This document shows positions 49,492 to 59,735 of a stretch of DNA of 64,000 bases, in pieces. Made by a program: the position numbers and the translations under genes. The stretch comes from an uncultured Verrucomicrobiae bacterium. Its GTDB lineage: Bacteria > Verrucomicrobiota > Verrucomicrobiia > Limisphaerales > UBA11358. Numbering within the stretch: the first letter of the stretch is position 1; every line of letters begins with the position of its first letter. The DNA is taken from positions 767,518-831,517 of the forward strand of contig CAWJTA010000003.1 in NCBI GenBank assembly GCA_963845665.1. The letters are read 5' to 3'. The notes below the pieces were generated by a model. The model saw nothing but the letters and a program-made list of their open reading frames with translations, ran no database searches and had not been told where the DNA came from.

Positions 49492-49923
49492 TTACTTGAC
49501 TGGATTGGCGACGGGCATCCCGAGCGTCGCGCGAACGAGCTTGAGCAATTCGTCATGGTCGAGAGGTTTGTATAAAAATCCGACGGCTCCCGCAGCCAGG
49601 GCGCGTTCCTTGTCCTTGTCTCCGGCTCCGCCAGTAATAACAATGATAGGGAGCTTGCGTGATTCGTCCACGCGGTGAAGCCATTCCATAATGCGGAAAC
49701 CGTCCCAGGGCACACCGCCAATATCGGGAGGAAAACTAATGTCCAGGACAATCAAATCTGGTTTCTGTTTACGGACCAGGCCGACGGCCTCTGTGCCATC
49801 CGAGGCCGTAAATACTTCGAAGCCGGCGTTGGTCAATTTGACCGCGATAGTTTTAAGTATTACGTCGTTGTCATCCACCACCAAAAGCCTTTTGCGTGGC
49901 GCGGCATTTTCAGTTTTCGTCAT
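49492..49923 (-). CDS. Single-domain response regulator
   Basis: LLVVDD, PDLIVLD, IIVITG, FLYKP. Confidence 0.9.
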   Translation of the reverse strand: MTKTENAAPRKRLLVVDDNDVILKTIAVKLTNAGFEVFTASDGTEAVGLVRKQKPDLIVLDISFPPDIGGVPWDGFRIMEWLHRVDESRKLPIIVITGGAGDKDKERALAAGAVGFLYKPLDHDELLKLVRATLGMPVANPVK

Positions 49924-50041
49924 AAATTCTTATTTCGACCTGTTTTAGGCGTGAAAGAGCTAAATCCATACCAATATCGGGCTTTTTATCATTTAATTTA
50001 TGGGCTTTGATTCGGGCATAGGCGCAGTTTAGACTGGCACC

Positions 50042-50776
50042 GTGAGCAATATATTCTACGCGCAGGGAGAGCGGCGGGCCCAGAGGGTGGACGACCTGTT
50101 TGCCACGATTGCGCGGCGTTACGATTTACTTAATGATTTGCAGAGTTTTGGGCTGCATCGTCTTTGGAAACGCCAGCTTACGGCCCTTGCAGCGGTCAAG
50201 CCCGGCGACCGTGCCCTGGACCTGTGCTGCGGCACCGGCGACATCGCCTTTGCCCTGGCGGGTCAGGGCGCCGAGGTCACGGGTTTAGATTTTAGCGAGA
50301 AAATGCTCGAAGTGGCCGGTCACCGCCTCGAAAAATCACATAACTTTCGTCTGAAATTTATGCAGGGAGACGCCCAAAACCTTCCCTTCGCGGATAATTC
50401 ATTTGACGCCGTGACCGTGGGCTACGGATTGCGCAATTTGTCCAATTTAGAGACAGGCCTGCGCGAAATGGTGCGCGTGGCCAGGCCGGGTGCTCGGATC
50501 GTGGCCCTGGATTTCGGCAAACCAGCCAATGCCCTCTGGCGGACTCTTTACTTCACACATTTGAGATGTTCCGTACCGATCGTCGGGCTGCTCTTTTGCG
50601 GCAGGGCGGACGCTTACGCCTATATCTTCGAATCCCTGAAACATTACCCGGCGCAATGGGGCGTGGCCGAAAAGATGCGGGAACTGAAGCTGACCAACGT
50701 CAGGATCATCAATCTGGTCGGCGGGGCGATGGCGATTAATTTTGGAGAAAAAGCGGCCGATCTTAAAAAGGTATAA
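50042..50776 (+). CDS. ubiE: Demethylmenaquinone/ubiquinone methyltransferase (UbiE/MenG)
   Basis: FATIARRYDLLNDLQSFGLHRLWK, LDLCCGTGD, GYGLRN. Confidence 0.88.
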   Translation: MSNIFYAQGERRAQRVDDLFATIARRYDLLNDLQSFGLHRLWKRQLTALAAVKPGDRALDLCCGTGDIAFALAGQGAEVTGLDFSEKMLEVAGHRLEKSHNFRLKFMQGDAQNLPFADNSFDAVTVGYGLRNLSNLETGLREMVRVARPGARIVALDFGKPANALWRTLYFTHLRCSVPIVGLLFCGRADAYAYIFESLKHYPAQWGVAEKMRELKLTNVRIINLVGGAMAINFGEKAADLKKV

Positions 50777-51010
50777 GGCTGTCAGCCGGCAGTCATTTGT
50801 CCCGCCGTTCGTTTATAAGTCATCCACCGCATTTTGACACGACGTGTGCAGATTACTTTCGGCGCCCTCAATCCACTTTGACTGCCGCAATCCGCAACGA
50901 GCCAGGCGGTTACGATTGCCCAAAAGTGAACTGGAATGTCCTGCGATTACATTGCGCAAATCACCTTCAGGCGCGATTTTCATAGGTGCGGTAACGAAAT
51001 TGAAATTAGC

Positions 51011-51211
51011 ATGAGAACAACCCAGGAACTGCTTGAGTACGTTGATCGGATGATTCACATCGGTGTCGACAAAATGGAAATGCGAAGCCAATTCGCGCTT
51101 ATCGATTTGCAACCAAAAGCGGCCGAAAAGGACGAAATTTGCGGCAAAATGCTGGTCCCATTGGTGGTAAATGCAGAGGACCTTGAGGGCACATGTGGCG
51201 ACGGAATTTAG
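51011..51211 (+). CDS. Small hypothetical protein
   Basis: 66-aa ATG ORF convergent on purU; no recognised motif. Confidence 0.45.
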   Translation: MRTTQELLEYVDRMIHIGVDKMEMRSQFALIDLQPKAAEKDEICGKMLVPLVVNAEDLEGTCGDGI

Positions 51212-51223
51212 AACGCAGCACGT

Positions 51224-52057
51224 TCAGATCTCCTTCACCACACCCCAATACACATCCAGCCGCTTTCCCAGGTAAAGCTTCACGGCCTTGACCAGCACCG
51301 CGGCTTCGAGTTGTTGTCCACGCGTGACGATGTCCTTGAGCGTCATGCGGGGGCGGATTTGGAAACTGCCCTGGGCAATGATCGGTCCTTCATCGAGCCG
51401 CATGGAAACAAAATGGGCAGTGACTCCGGCGATTTTCACTCCCTGCTCATAAGCCTGCCGATACGCCTGAGGGCCGGGAAAACTGGGCAGGAGAGAGGGG
51501 TGAATATTGATAATTTTGTTTTTGTAACGCCACACGAAGTTTGGTGAAAGGATTTTCATGAAGCGCGCCAGCACAACAAAATCGATCTCATGTTTTTCCA
51601 GCACTTCAAGCGCTTGCGCCTCGGCTTTGGCGCGGTCGTTCCATGAAACGGGAAAGAACGGCAATTTTAATTTTTCTGCGTTGGGTGCGAAACCGGGATG
51701 ATTTCCAATGACCAGCGCCGGCTCAGCTTTCAGCCGAGCTTTTGTAAGGGCTTCGAAGCAGTGGGTTTCCTTTGTCACCATGATTGCGTAGCGCTGGCGC
51801 CGATTGTATTCGCTGAATCGGATTTTAATTTCCATTCCCAGTTGCGCGGCGAGCTTTGCCAGGCCGGCCTGAAGCGAACTAGCTTTAAGGGCGTCCTGTT
51901 TCCACGAAGCCTGAAGGGTCATGCTGAATTGCCCGCGCGTCACCTGTTCCTCCAGCGCCTCGATGTTCGCGCCCTCTTCAAAAAGCAGGTTGGTTACCCG
52001 GGCAATGACACCCGTTTTATCGCGGCCAATCACAGTGACTGTGGCAAATTGCTTCAC
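51224..52057 (-). CDS. purU: Formyltetrahydrofolate deformylase
   Basis: N-terminal ACT domain; LARFMKILS, INIHPSLLPSF, LDEGPIIAQ. Confidence 0.92.
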   Translation of the reverse strand: MKQFATVTVIGRDKTGVIARVTNLLFEEGANIEALEEQVTRGQFSMTLQASWKQDALKASSLQAGLAKLAAQLGMEIKIRFSEYNRRQRYAIMVTKETHCFEALTKARLKAEPALVIGNHPGFAPNAEKLKLPFFPVSWNDRAKAEAQALEVLEKHEIDFVVLARFMKILSPNFVWRYKNKIINIHPSLLPSFPGPQAYRQAYEQGVKIAGVTAHFVSMRLDEGPIIAQGSFQIRPRMTLKDIVTRGQQLEAAVLVKAVKLYLGKRLDVYWGVVKEI

Positions 52058-52288
52058 TGGCCAATACCGATGGCAGGAACCGGCGCTGTGAGCAAGTTTT
52101 GAAATTTTAAATTTTGGTTTCGATTGTGTGCCAGAAGGATTCCCAAAAACGAAAAAGCTTTACCAGCCCGGTACATAAATGTTTAAAATCATGGCAGATA
52201 TTCCAATTTGAAAATGCGAAGTGTTTCCAATTTGTCAGGCCCGGCCAACACGAAACTTTAAGGGAAGTTCTCAATATCCCGTCTGAAA

Positions 52289-53056
52289 ATGAGCAGTGTT
52301 TTTAAAGATGCCCGCCTTGCGGGTTGCAGCACGGCCAAGCCGGTCACATTAGACAGACGGCTCACCATCATTTCACGGCATTTGGCTCCCGGGGGCGGGC
52401 GTATGCTGGATTGCGGTTGCGGCATTGGCCAATATGTTCGACCGCTATGCGAGCGACTGGGTCTGGACGCTTACGGCATTGAGTACGAACAACAGGCAGT
52501 GGACAAAATTCAGTCGGATGACTTCCTGAGAAAACGGGTTGTCCAGGGCGACTTGCAAAATCTGAGCTATTCCAACGACGAGTGGGACTATGCTTTGCTC
52601 AACGAAGTTTTGGAACATGTTGGCGACGATGAACAAGTCCTGCGTGAAGTTCATCGTATATTAAAACCAGGAGGTCTGCTTTTTGTCTATTCGCCTAACC
52701 GCTGGTTTCCTTTCGAGACCCATGGCATCACCTTGAAGGTAATTAATCGGCGTGTCTATTGGTTGCCATTTGTCCCCTACCTGCCTGTCAAACTGGGCGA
52801 ATGCTTCTATGCCTCCTATGCCAGGAATTATTGGCAAGGGCAGTTGAGAAAAATGTTGGAGCGGACCGGTTTCACAATTGTTGAGCGAACCTTCATTTGG
52901 CCGACCTTTGAAGGTATTTCCGGCAGGCTTCCTGGCATTTTTAAGCCTTTTCGGCCGCTACTGAGATTTATGGGCCGTACCCTGGAAAATACATTTTTCC
53001 TAAAGAGATTCGGCGTCTCACAGGTTTTTGTCTGTCGCAAAAGACCGACCGCTTGA
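52289..53056 (+). CDS. Class I SAM-dependent methyltransferase
   Basis: MLDCGCGIG, EVLEHV, RILKPGG. Confidence 0.88.
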   Translation: MSSVFKDARLAGCSTAKPVTLDRRLTIISRHLAPGGGRMLDCGCGIGQYVRPLCERLGLDAYGIEYEQQAVDKIQSDDFLRKRVVQGDLQNLSYSNDEWDYALLNEVLEHVGDDEQVLREVHRILKPGGLLFVYSPNRWFPFETHGITLKVINRRVYWLPFVPYLPVKLGECFYASYARNYWQGQLRKMLERTGFTIVERTFIWPTFEGISGRLPGIFKPFRPLLRFMGRTLENTFFLKRFGVSQVFVCRKRPTA

Positions 53057-53102
53057 AACACATTCTTCGCGGGGGTCGCAATAACTACCGACCGGCGGCG
53101 GA

Positions 53103-53474
53103 TTATCCTGTAGCAAGCAATTTTTGCAACTTCCTCCACTGCGGTTGGACCGATTCCAGGCACTTTTCATCCATCTGCCGATACAGTTCCAGGACCTGTC
53201 GGCCCGCTGGCGTCAGGCGCGCCCCACCACCTCCGCGTATGCCCCCGCGCACCGCTTCCACCAGCGGTTCGCAAAAGCACCGGTTCATCGTCCGAATGAG
53301 CGTCCATGCCCGCATGTAGGACATACCCAGCTTGTCCGCCGCCCGAGTAATAGATCCGGATTCTTCCAGTGCCTCCAAAAGGTCGGCTTTGCCCGGACCA
53401 AACGCGATATTTTTACCGGCAACAATCCTCAAGCGCGGTCGAATGTCGGGTTTGATGATTGCACGCTGTGGCAT
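53103..53474 (-). CDS. ModE-type winged-helix regulator (N-terminal domain only)
   Basis: FGPGKADLL..GSITRAA..GMSYMRAW..RGG..GGGARLT; no molybdate-binding domain. Confidence 0.88.
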   Translation of the reverse strand: MPQRAIIKPDIRPRLRIVAGKNIAFGPGKADLLEALEESGSITRAADKLGMSYMRAWTLIRTMNRCFCEPLVEAVRGGIRGGGGARLTPAGRQVLELYRQMDEKCLESVQPQWRKLQKLLATG

Positions 53475-53649
53475 GTTCGTTGACAGTTTGCAGATCGCAG
53501 GCTGTGTCCATCCAACCGGTTTGTCAATTCGCAATCCCGTCACCGGTTTTTTTGAAAGAATTGTCCCGGGCCGCCTGTTAATTTAATGCCTGAGTTTTGA
53601 GGTGCGGGCGAACTTTTACTCGCCCTGTTTTGAACACGCCTTTTTTGTT

Positions 53650-55233
53650 TTAATTTCCAGTTCCAAGCCGGTTCGGTGGCAGGAACCGGGGCGCGGACGC
53701 GGGCCGTAACGCCCGCGCGCGTAGCGGGATGGAGAAAGGAATATTCCTTTTCTGTTCCACAGGTTGGCGACGAACCCCGCGATTAATCGCCACACTCAGC
53801 CCCAAAAGGCCGGTAAAAGCGCTCATAACGGATGCCAGAGCAGTCCCATAAAAGTTGATGACCAGCCAAATGAATGTGCCAAATAGAAACGCGTTGATGG
53901 TTTGCAATTCCGGGGGACTGTAACGATAGTTTCGATACGTCACCCATAGACCGCTCGCCAGGAACCATACAACCGCTATCACACCCCAGATGCCAAACGG
54001 CAAAACCACCGAAAGCGGGCCATTGTGGTAATCGCTTGAAAGCGCCAGGGCCTGTTGCGCGGGATCCGCGGACTGTACCGCTGCGTTCCCACCCATTTCA
54101 GTGTTAAAATCTTCCACCGAAATAGCATAGCCTTTTCCCAACAAAAGGTGTTCAGGGATCTGCGGCAGGAGTGCCTTCCACATGTTAACCCGCCACTCCC
54201 AGCTTTCCTTTGCGTCCAATCGCGCATCCGACCTCACCTGCACGATAGACGGTGGCAATATGGTAAGAACCCGTTGGAACGTAAATGGCAAGTGCGAAGC
54301 CAGTGGAATGACGAGTCCGGCGATGAGCAGCCCGAATATGACCAGGACCGGAAGCATTCGGGTCCGATGCATTCCTTCCAAAAAGAAAACAATTAAAAAC
54401 GTTGCCGTGGCTCCAATGATCGCGGACCGGAAACCGCCGAGGAAGATCAGAATGAATGCAATGCAGAAGACGACCGGCCGCCATAGTTTTCCCGAAAGGA
54501 AAATGCCGCGAAGACCGTAACACGCGATTAGAACGTTCGTCAAGGCCACCCCGGCAGCGCCAGTGCCCGCCAGACGTGTCGTTCCCCCCTCGAATTCGAC
54601 GCTATAGAACGAAGGGGGAATCAGCCAAAAGAGTGGATGAAGAAAGCCGGGCGCAAAAGGGTAAAGGTCCTGGATAAAGCATAAAGTCCCGCCCGCAAAA
54701 TATAAGGCCACGTATTTTCGCGCCTTTTCCGGCGGTATCGGCACTGAGGCAATCGCAAAATAACCCAAAATGGCAACGATCAAGAAGATGTACTTTTTGC
54801 CGCCGTAAACTTCCGAACCAAATGCCCTCAAACCCAGGCCGCCCGTGAACTTGGCGGTGATCAACACAACGCCAATCAGGCAAATCAAGGGCCAGGTAAT
54901 CTGCGGCACCTTGAAGAACCGCTTTTGGCCTATGGCGCGTTCGACAACCGTGGCAGTCAAACTCAGCGTAATCATTACCAGGAACAGGTTGGGATCCCCT
55001 TTGATGAAAAACATCATGACCGGCATGCTCCAACAGAACAGCATCAGAGGACGATGCCACTTCATAAATACGGGAATCAACAATACTGCGCACAAAATCC
55101 CGATAAAACCCAGGGCCGAGTACGTCAGCGGATTGAGCATCAGGACGCCGATTATAATCGCGAGGCCCGCGCACGCTGCGTACACAACGAGAGAGCGCAG
55201 GGCCGCAGCTACATTGGCGGGATCATTGTTCAT
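53650..55233 (-). CDS. O-antigen ligase/polymerase (Wzy/WaaL-like) membrane protein
   Basis: About 12 TM helices; GGFRS, W-R..MW, LLGKGY, YHNGPL. Confidence 0.75.
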   Translation of the reverse strand: MNNDPANVAAALRSLVVYAACAGLAIIIGVLMLNPLTYSALGFIGILCAVLLIPVFMKWHRPLMLFCWSMPVMMFFIKGDPNLFLVMITLSLTATVVERAIGQKRFFKVPQITWPLICLIGVVLITAKFTGGLGLRAFGSEVYGGKKYIFLIVAILGYFAIASVPIPPEKARKYVALYFAGGTLCFIQDLYPFAPGFLHPLFWLIPPSFYSVEFEGGTTRLAGTGAAGVALTNVLIACYGLRGIFLSGKLWRPVVFCIAFILIFLGGFRSAIIGATATFLIVFFLEGMHRTRMLPVLVIFGLLIAGLVIPLASHLPFTFQRVLTILPPSIVQVRSDARLDAKESWEWRVNMWKALLPQIPEHLLLGKGYAISVEDFNTEMGGNAAVQSADPAQQALALSSDYHNGPLSVVLPFGIWGVIAVVWFLASGLWVTYRNYRYSPPELQTINAFLFGTFIWLVINFYGTALASVMSAFTGLLGLSVAINRGVRRQPVEQKRNIPFSIPLRARALRPASAPRFLPPNRLGTGN

Positions 55234-55430
55234 TAAGGCGCGTATTCTATCATCGTTTCCGGGTTCCGCAACTAGCTCTTTGTTGAATTAACAATTAAAA
55301 ACGTTAAAGTCCGAGCTGGCGATTGCTTTTAGATGCCTTGAGGCACTCAGACGTTCAAAAACAAGGAATTTGATTTCCGACATGGCGATTATGATTTACT
55401 GCCGGTTCGACTTTTGGAATCGTAATTTGC

Positions 55431-56390
55431 GTGAACCTGAACAACAAGAAAGTATTAATTTTGGGAGGCGCGGGTTTTATTGGAAGCCATTTGACGGAGC
55501 GGTTGATCCAGCAGGGCGCATCCGTGACGGTATTCGACAACCTGCAAACGGGCCGTATGGCCAACCTGCAAGCGGTCTTAAAGCACCCCCATTTCCGTTT
55601 CATCCAGGCCGAAGTCCGCGACCGTAAAAAAGTGAATGAGGCCGTGCCCGGACACGAAATCATTTTTCATTTTTGCGATGACAGCGACATTCGTTCCGCG
55701 GCGGAGCATCCGGACAGCTACGTGGAACAGAACATCATGGGATTGTTTTACGTTTTGGAATCCATGCGCCGGAACGGCATCCGCAACATATTATTCCCGA
55801 GCAGCACGACGGTTTTTGGCGAGATGGGCAAAGCGCCCGCTTCTGAGTCACACGGCCCCATGATCCCCTTGAACCTTTATGGAGGGGCGAAGCTCGCGGC
55901 TGAGGGCCTGATCTCCGGCTGGGCGCACACCTATGATTTTCACGCGGTTTTATTTCGGTTTGTAGGCATCATTGGCGGGCGCATGGACCACGGCGTGGTG
56001 CACGATTTTGTCAGGAAACTGCAAAACGATCCAACTCAGTTGGAAATTCTGGGCGACGGCTCGCAGAGACGCTCTTTTGTCCTGGTGGATGATTGCGTGG
56101 AGGCCATGCTATTTGCGATGGCCAGTACGGAAAAGAACTACAATCTTGTCCATATCGGCAACCAGGACGCGATCTCCGTGAATGAAACAGCCACGGCCAT
56201 ATTTGAGGTCATGGGGTTGCAAGGCGTCAAACAGAACTATACGGGCGGCAAAGTCGGCTGGAAAGGGGACGCGACTTCAAATTTTATTGCTACGGAGACC
56301 CTTACCGCACTGGGATGGAAACCGCGCTATTCCAGCCGGGAAGCTGTGGCCGAAGCGGCCCGTCGTATCTCATCTGAGCCACGCCGATGA
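55431..56390 (+). CDS. NAD-dependent nucleotide-sugar epimerase/dehydratase
   Basis: GGAGFIG, YGGAK (YxxxK), GDGSQRRSFV. Confidence 0.9.
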   Translation: MNLNNKKVLILGGAGFIGSHLTERLIQQGASVTVFDNLQTGRMANLQAVLKHPHFRFIQAEVRDRKKVNEAVPGHEIIFHFCDDSDIRSAAEHPDSYVEQNIMGLFYVLESMRRNGIRNILFPSSTTVFGEMGKAPASESHGPMIPLNLYGGAKLAAEGLISGWAHTYDFHAVLFRFVGIIGGRMDHGVVHDFVRKLQNDPTQLEILGDGSQRRSFVLVDDCVEAMLFAMASTEKNYNLVHIGNQDAISVNETATAIFEVMGLQGVKQNYTGGKVGWKGDATSNFIATETLTALGWKPRYSSREAVAEAARRISSEPRR

Positions 56391-56399
56391 CTCAAACTG

Positions 56400-56427
56400 T
56401 GGTAGGGCGGACCTCCCGGTCCGCCAC
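56400..56427 (+). repeat. GTAG-type REP-like element (intergenic copy)
   Basis: tggtagggcggacctcccggtccgccac; identical to the reverse complement of 13250-13277; lies between convergent genes. Confidence 0.85.
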
Positions 56428-56464
56428 CCCACGAGTCGACATCAACTTCGTGAAGTTGCTCGCC

Positions 56465-57628
56465 CTATCCCTTGCTTTTCGCTTCCTCAATCACCTCCTG
56501 GTAAATCTCGATGTGCCGTTTTGCCAGGACGATAGGGCTGCGCCTCTCGCGGACGAGGGCTGCCGCGCCGCTCGGCCGCGGATGGCCCTGCGCAATCCAA
56601 CACGCGATGGCCTCTGTCAATCCAGCCCAATCGTTGACGTCAAAAAGCTCCACGCCCGGCATATCCTGCGTGATTTCAATGGCCCCGCCTTGCCGCGCGC
56701 CGAAGAATTTCAATTCACGCCCGATTCCCTCCAGTACTGTCATGGGCGCCGCGTCCTCCGAGGCGAAATGGACCATGGCTGCCGCTGAATCGAATTGCCG
56801 GAGTAGTTCATCATCATCCGGCGCGCCCACATAACGCGCATAGCCGGCAGCCTCCATTGGCTGGATGCGCTTCTTAAATGCTTCGCCGTAGGCGATGCCG
56901 GGGGCGGAATAAATGTAACCAATAAAACGAAATTCAAATTTCAATCCCCGGCGGTGGAGCGCCTCGGCCACATCGAGCAGTTCCAACTGCCGCTTTCTTG
57001 GAGAAATCATCCCAACGTTTAACAAAACGCAACCGCGCGAACCGGACGCCGGAGGCGGGTCGATAAACGATTGCCGGAGCGGATGCGGCATCAACCAGGT
57101 TTTGCGAGAGCGGGAACGGACCAGATTCTCGGTATAGGAGGAATTGCAAAGCACGCCATCCGTGCGAGGAAGGACGAAATCTTCAATTCGTTTCGTCAGC
57201 CAGAGATACGAGCCAATCCGGGGGGAATTCAAACGCGCCTGCTCGGACATGATGCCTTGCATCGCAACAACATTGGGAAAGCCCGAGAAAGCGGCACTGA
57301 TGGCGCATTCCCGTTCTGTCCCATCCCCTTGCACGATGTCCGGTTGCAACTCCAGTAATTTCCGGCGAACGGCCCGGACGCATCCTTGATAACCTGTGCG
57401 AAGCCAGCCGAATTTGGGCACCAGAAGACTGTGACACCAAATATTGTCCGCCAGTTTTTTCGGCGCCTGCATGGGCTTTTGGATGCAGGAAATTACGTGC
57501 ACCTCCGCTTCCGGCAGTTTAGCAAAACCGTCAAGAAGGGAAGCGGACCCGCCGGGATAGCGAGGCATGGTTTCGCCGTAACTGCGTTGAACCTCGCGCA
57601 TGTCCATGATCAGGTTTGCAATTCTCAT
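56465..57628 (-). CDS. GT4-like (GT-B) glycosyltransferase
   Basis: VGMISPRKRQ; ASEDAAPMTVLE (E-x7-E). Confidence 0.8.
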   Translation of the reverse strand: MRIANLIMDMREVQRSYGETMPRYPGGSASLLDGFAKLPEAEVHVISCIQKPMQAPKKLADNIWCHSLLVPKFGWLRTGYQGCVRAVRRKLLELQPDIVQGDGTERECAISAAFSGFPNVVAMQGIMSEQARLNSPRIGSYLWLTKRIEDFVLPRTDGVLCNSSYTENLVRSRSRKTWLMPHPLRQSFIDPPPASGSRGCVLLNVGMISPRKRQLELLDVAEALHRRGLKFEFRFIGYIYSAPGIAYGEAFKKRIQPMEAAGYARYVGAPDDDELLRQFDSAAAMVHFASEDAAPMTVLEGIGRELKFFGARQGGAIEITQDMPGVELFDVNDWAGLTEAIACWIAQGHPRPSGAAALVRERRSPIVLAKRHIEIYQEVIEEAKSKG

Positions 57629-57773
57629 TCCTGACAGAAATATCAGCTTCTGCAACGAGCGACAAGCACGGCGGTAGCGCGTACGATTCCTTTGGCAGGG
57701 CGGAACTGCCGGTCCGCCTGCCGGCAATCATGATCAAAATTAACTTTTTCGTTCGCCGAATTTCAGGTAGTCA

Positions 57774-58403
57774 GTGACCATGCCGCAGCGAAGTTGGTCG
57801 GAACGAATCGGAAGCCTCCTGCAATTCGGACGCGAGTCCGTTTCCGTGCTATGGATGGCTGAAGCCCGTCTCAAAGGATGCTCCCTGGGGCATGGAACGG
57901 GGTTTGCCGGCCGCCCCATCATCAGTATCGCGAAGGGTTCGCGAATGGCTCTCGGGGATGGCGTCAGAGTTTGCAGTGCGCTTCGCTCAAATCTAATGGG
58001 TTGTTTCCAGCCCTGTGTCTTAAGAACGCTTTCGAATCAGGCGGAATTGATTCTTGATTCTGGCGTTGGAATCAGTGCAACCGTGATTTGCGCTGCCGTT
58101 TCGGTTCGCGTGGGCGAAGGCACCATCATGGGTTCCGGAACGGTGATTCTGGATACAGATTTTCACCTGCCCGAGGGAAAGTGGGGCTGGGGGCTCGACC
58201 CGGCTTTCCGCGCCAAACCGGTCCGCATCGGCCGTGGGGTATTCATTGGAGCTCGTGCTACCATCCTGAAAGGGGTCACTATCGGAGACCGAGCTGTCGT
58301 CGGAGCGGGTGCGGTCGTGACAAAAGATGTGCCTGACGGCTGTTTGGCGTTCGGCAATCCGGCGCAGGTGCGCCCACGGAAAAATGCTCAGCCAATGATT
58401 TAA
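57774..58403 (+). CDS. Hexapeptide-repeat (LbH) O-acyltransferase
   Basis: DTDFH; [38 protein letters not shown]. Confidence 0.9.
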   Translation: MTMPQRSWSERIGSLLQFGRESVSVLWMAEARLKGCSLGHGTGFAGRPIISIAKGSRMALGDGVRVCSALRSNLMGCFQPCVLRTLSNQAELILDSGVGISATVICAAVSVRVGEGTIMGSGTVILDTDFHLPEGKWGWGLDPAFRAKPVRIGRGVFIGARATILKGVTIGDRAVVGAGAVVTKDVPDGCLAFGNPAQVRPRKNAQPMI

Positions 58404-58475
58404 ACCGCAGGTTTCACCGCCATTAAATGCCCTGGCCCTCAGTTGGCGGGTCGCTTTAATCGCTCTTCCGTCATT

Positions 58476-59441
58476 TTAACGGCGGAAGCGCCAGGAAAGA
58501 AGCCAAAGGGCTTTTTCCCCGAAAAATCGCACCAGCCATTGCAAAACGGCGTAGCGAAAATGAGGCGGTTTGCTGTGCGTGAACAGCCATGCGTTGTATT
58601 TTAAAATCCGGCGCGAATAATTCCTTGCGTTCTGTAGCAACAACCGGGACGGGATCGGGCTTTTATTCAAATGTTTGACACGGTCAAATCGAACATGAAT
58701 GTCCTTCTGAGTTGCGAGTAATGCGAGATCCCGTTTGCGTTGAGCATTTTCAAGTGCCCAGCGCCAGCCCATTCGGTCCACGCGCGTTGTGCCGCGTTCC
58801 GGGCCGAAGTGCACCCGTGTCATTGCCACCACCGTCGCTGTTCGCGCTCCGCCGGAATGCAAAGCCAGCCTGAACCAAAAATCCCAGTCGCCGGAATAGT
58901 AGGAATTAGGCCGAAATCCCCCGATCTCCTTCGCCGCCTCGATCGAAAATAAATTTCCGGCAAAGTACATAAAAAAATCCTGATCGGCCATTTCAAGCAA
59001 ATCAATTTCGCGCCAGCCTTTGTCCCATGTCACCGACGGCATTGAGACGGTTTTTCCATTTTCATCAATGATTGAGGCGTGGCTATGGTATAACGCCCGG
59101 TCGGGCGCCGCTTCCGCGAGATGAAGCATTTTTGCCACAAAATTGGGAAGTAATAAATCATCGTCGTGCAGGATCGACAGCCAGGGAGTCCGACAGATTT
59201 CGACACACGCGTTCCAGTTGTCGAAGAGCCCCCGATTTTTTGAATTGCGGAAATATTCAATCCGGTTGCCGAACTTTTTTAGAATAAAATCCCGCAAACC
59301 AGGATCCGGTCCGCAATCTTCAACAACAATCACGCTGACCGCAACGGACTGCGCCAGTGCGCTCTCAATGGCGTCCAGGACAAAATCGCGGCGATTATAA
59401 ACGGTGACAGCTATCGTGATGTCCTGAGGGCGCAATATCAT
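58476..59441 (-). CDS. GT2 glycosyltransferase
   Basis: TVYNR, VVED, ILHDDD, GDWDFW. Confidence 0.9.
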   Translation of the reverse strand: MILRPQDITIAVTVYNRRDFVLDAIESALAQSVAVSVIVVEDCGPDPGLRDFILKKFGNRIEYFRNSKNRGLFDNWNACVEICRTPWLSILHDDDLLLPNFVAKMLHLAEAAPDRALYHSHASIIDENGKTVSMPSVTWDKGWREIDLLEMADQDFFMYFAGNLFSIEAAKEIGGFRPNSYYSGDWDFWFRLALHSGGARTATVVAMTRVHFGPERGTTRVDRMGWRWALENAQRKRDLALLATQKDIHVRFDRVKHLNKSPIPSRLLLQNARNYSRRILKYNAWLFTHSKPPHFRYAVLQWLVRFFGEKALWLLSWRFRR

Positions 59442-59735
59442 TCAGCAGTTTTTCTGTTCGAGCGTTGAGCTTATGAATTTTTATATTTCAGAGCAACTGT
59501 TGCGCGAAAATTCGGCCGTCCCGCAAGCCGTTCGCGGGCGGTAATCCGTTCTCGACAAAGGAACAACAATTGCGAAAATGGTGGGCAAATATCGGACGCC
59601 TTACGAAGCTATTTCGTATTCGCAATAGTTGTGGAAGAACAAATCAGAAAACGGGTCAGAGGGCCTTTGCCACGCTGCCGGGCAATTCCAGGTCCACGCC
59701 CAGGCAATGTCGCGGCTCGGCAAGAGGACTAATCT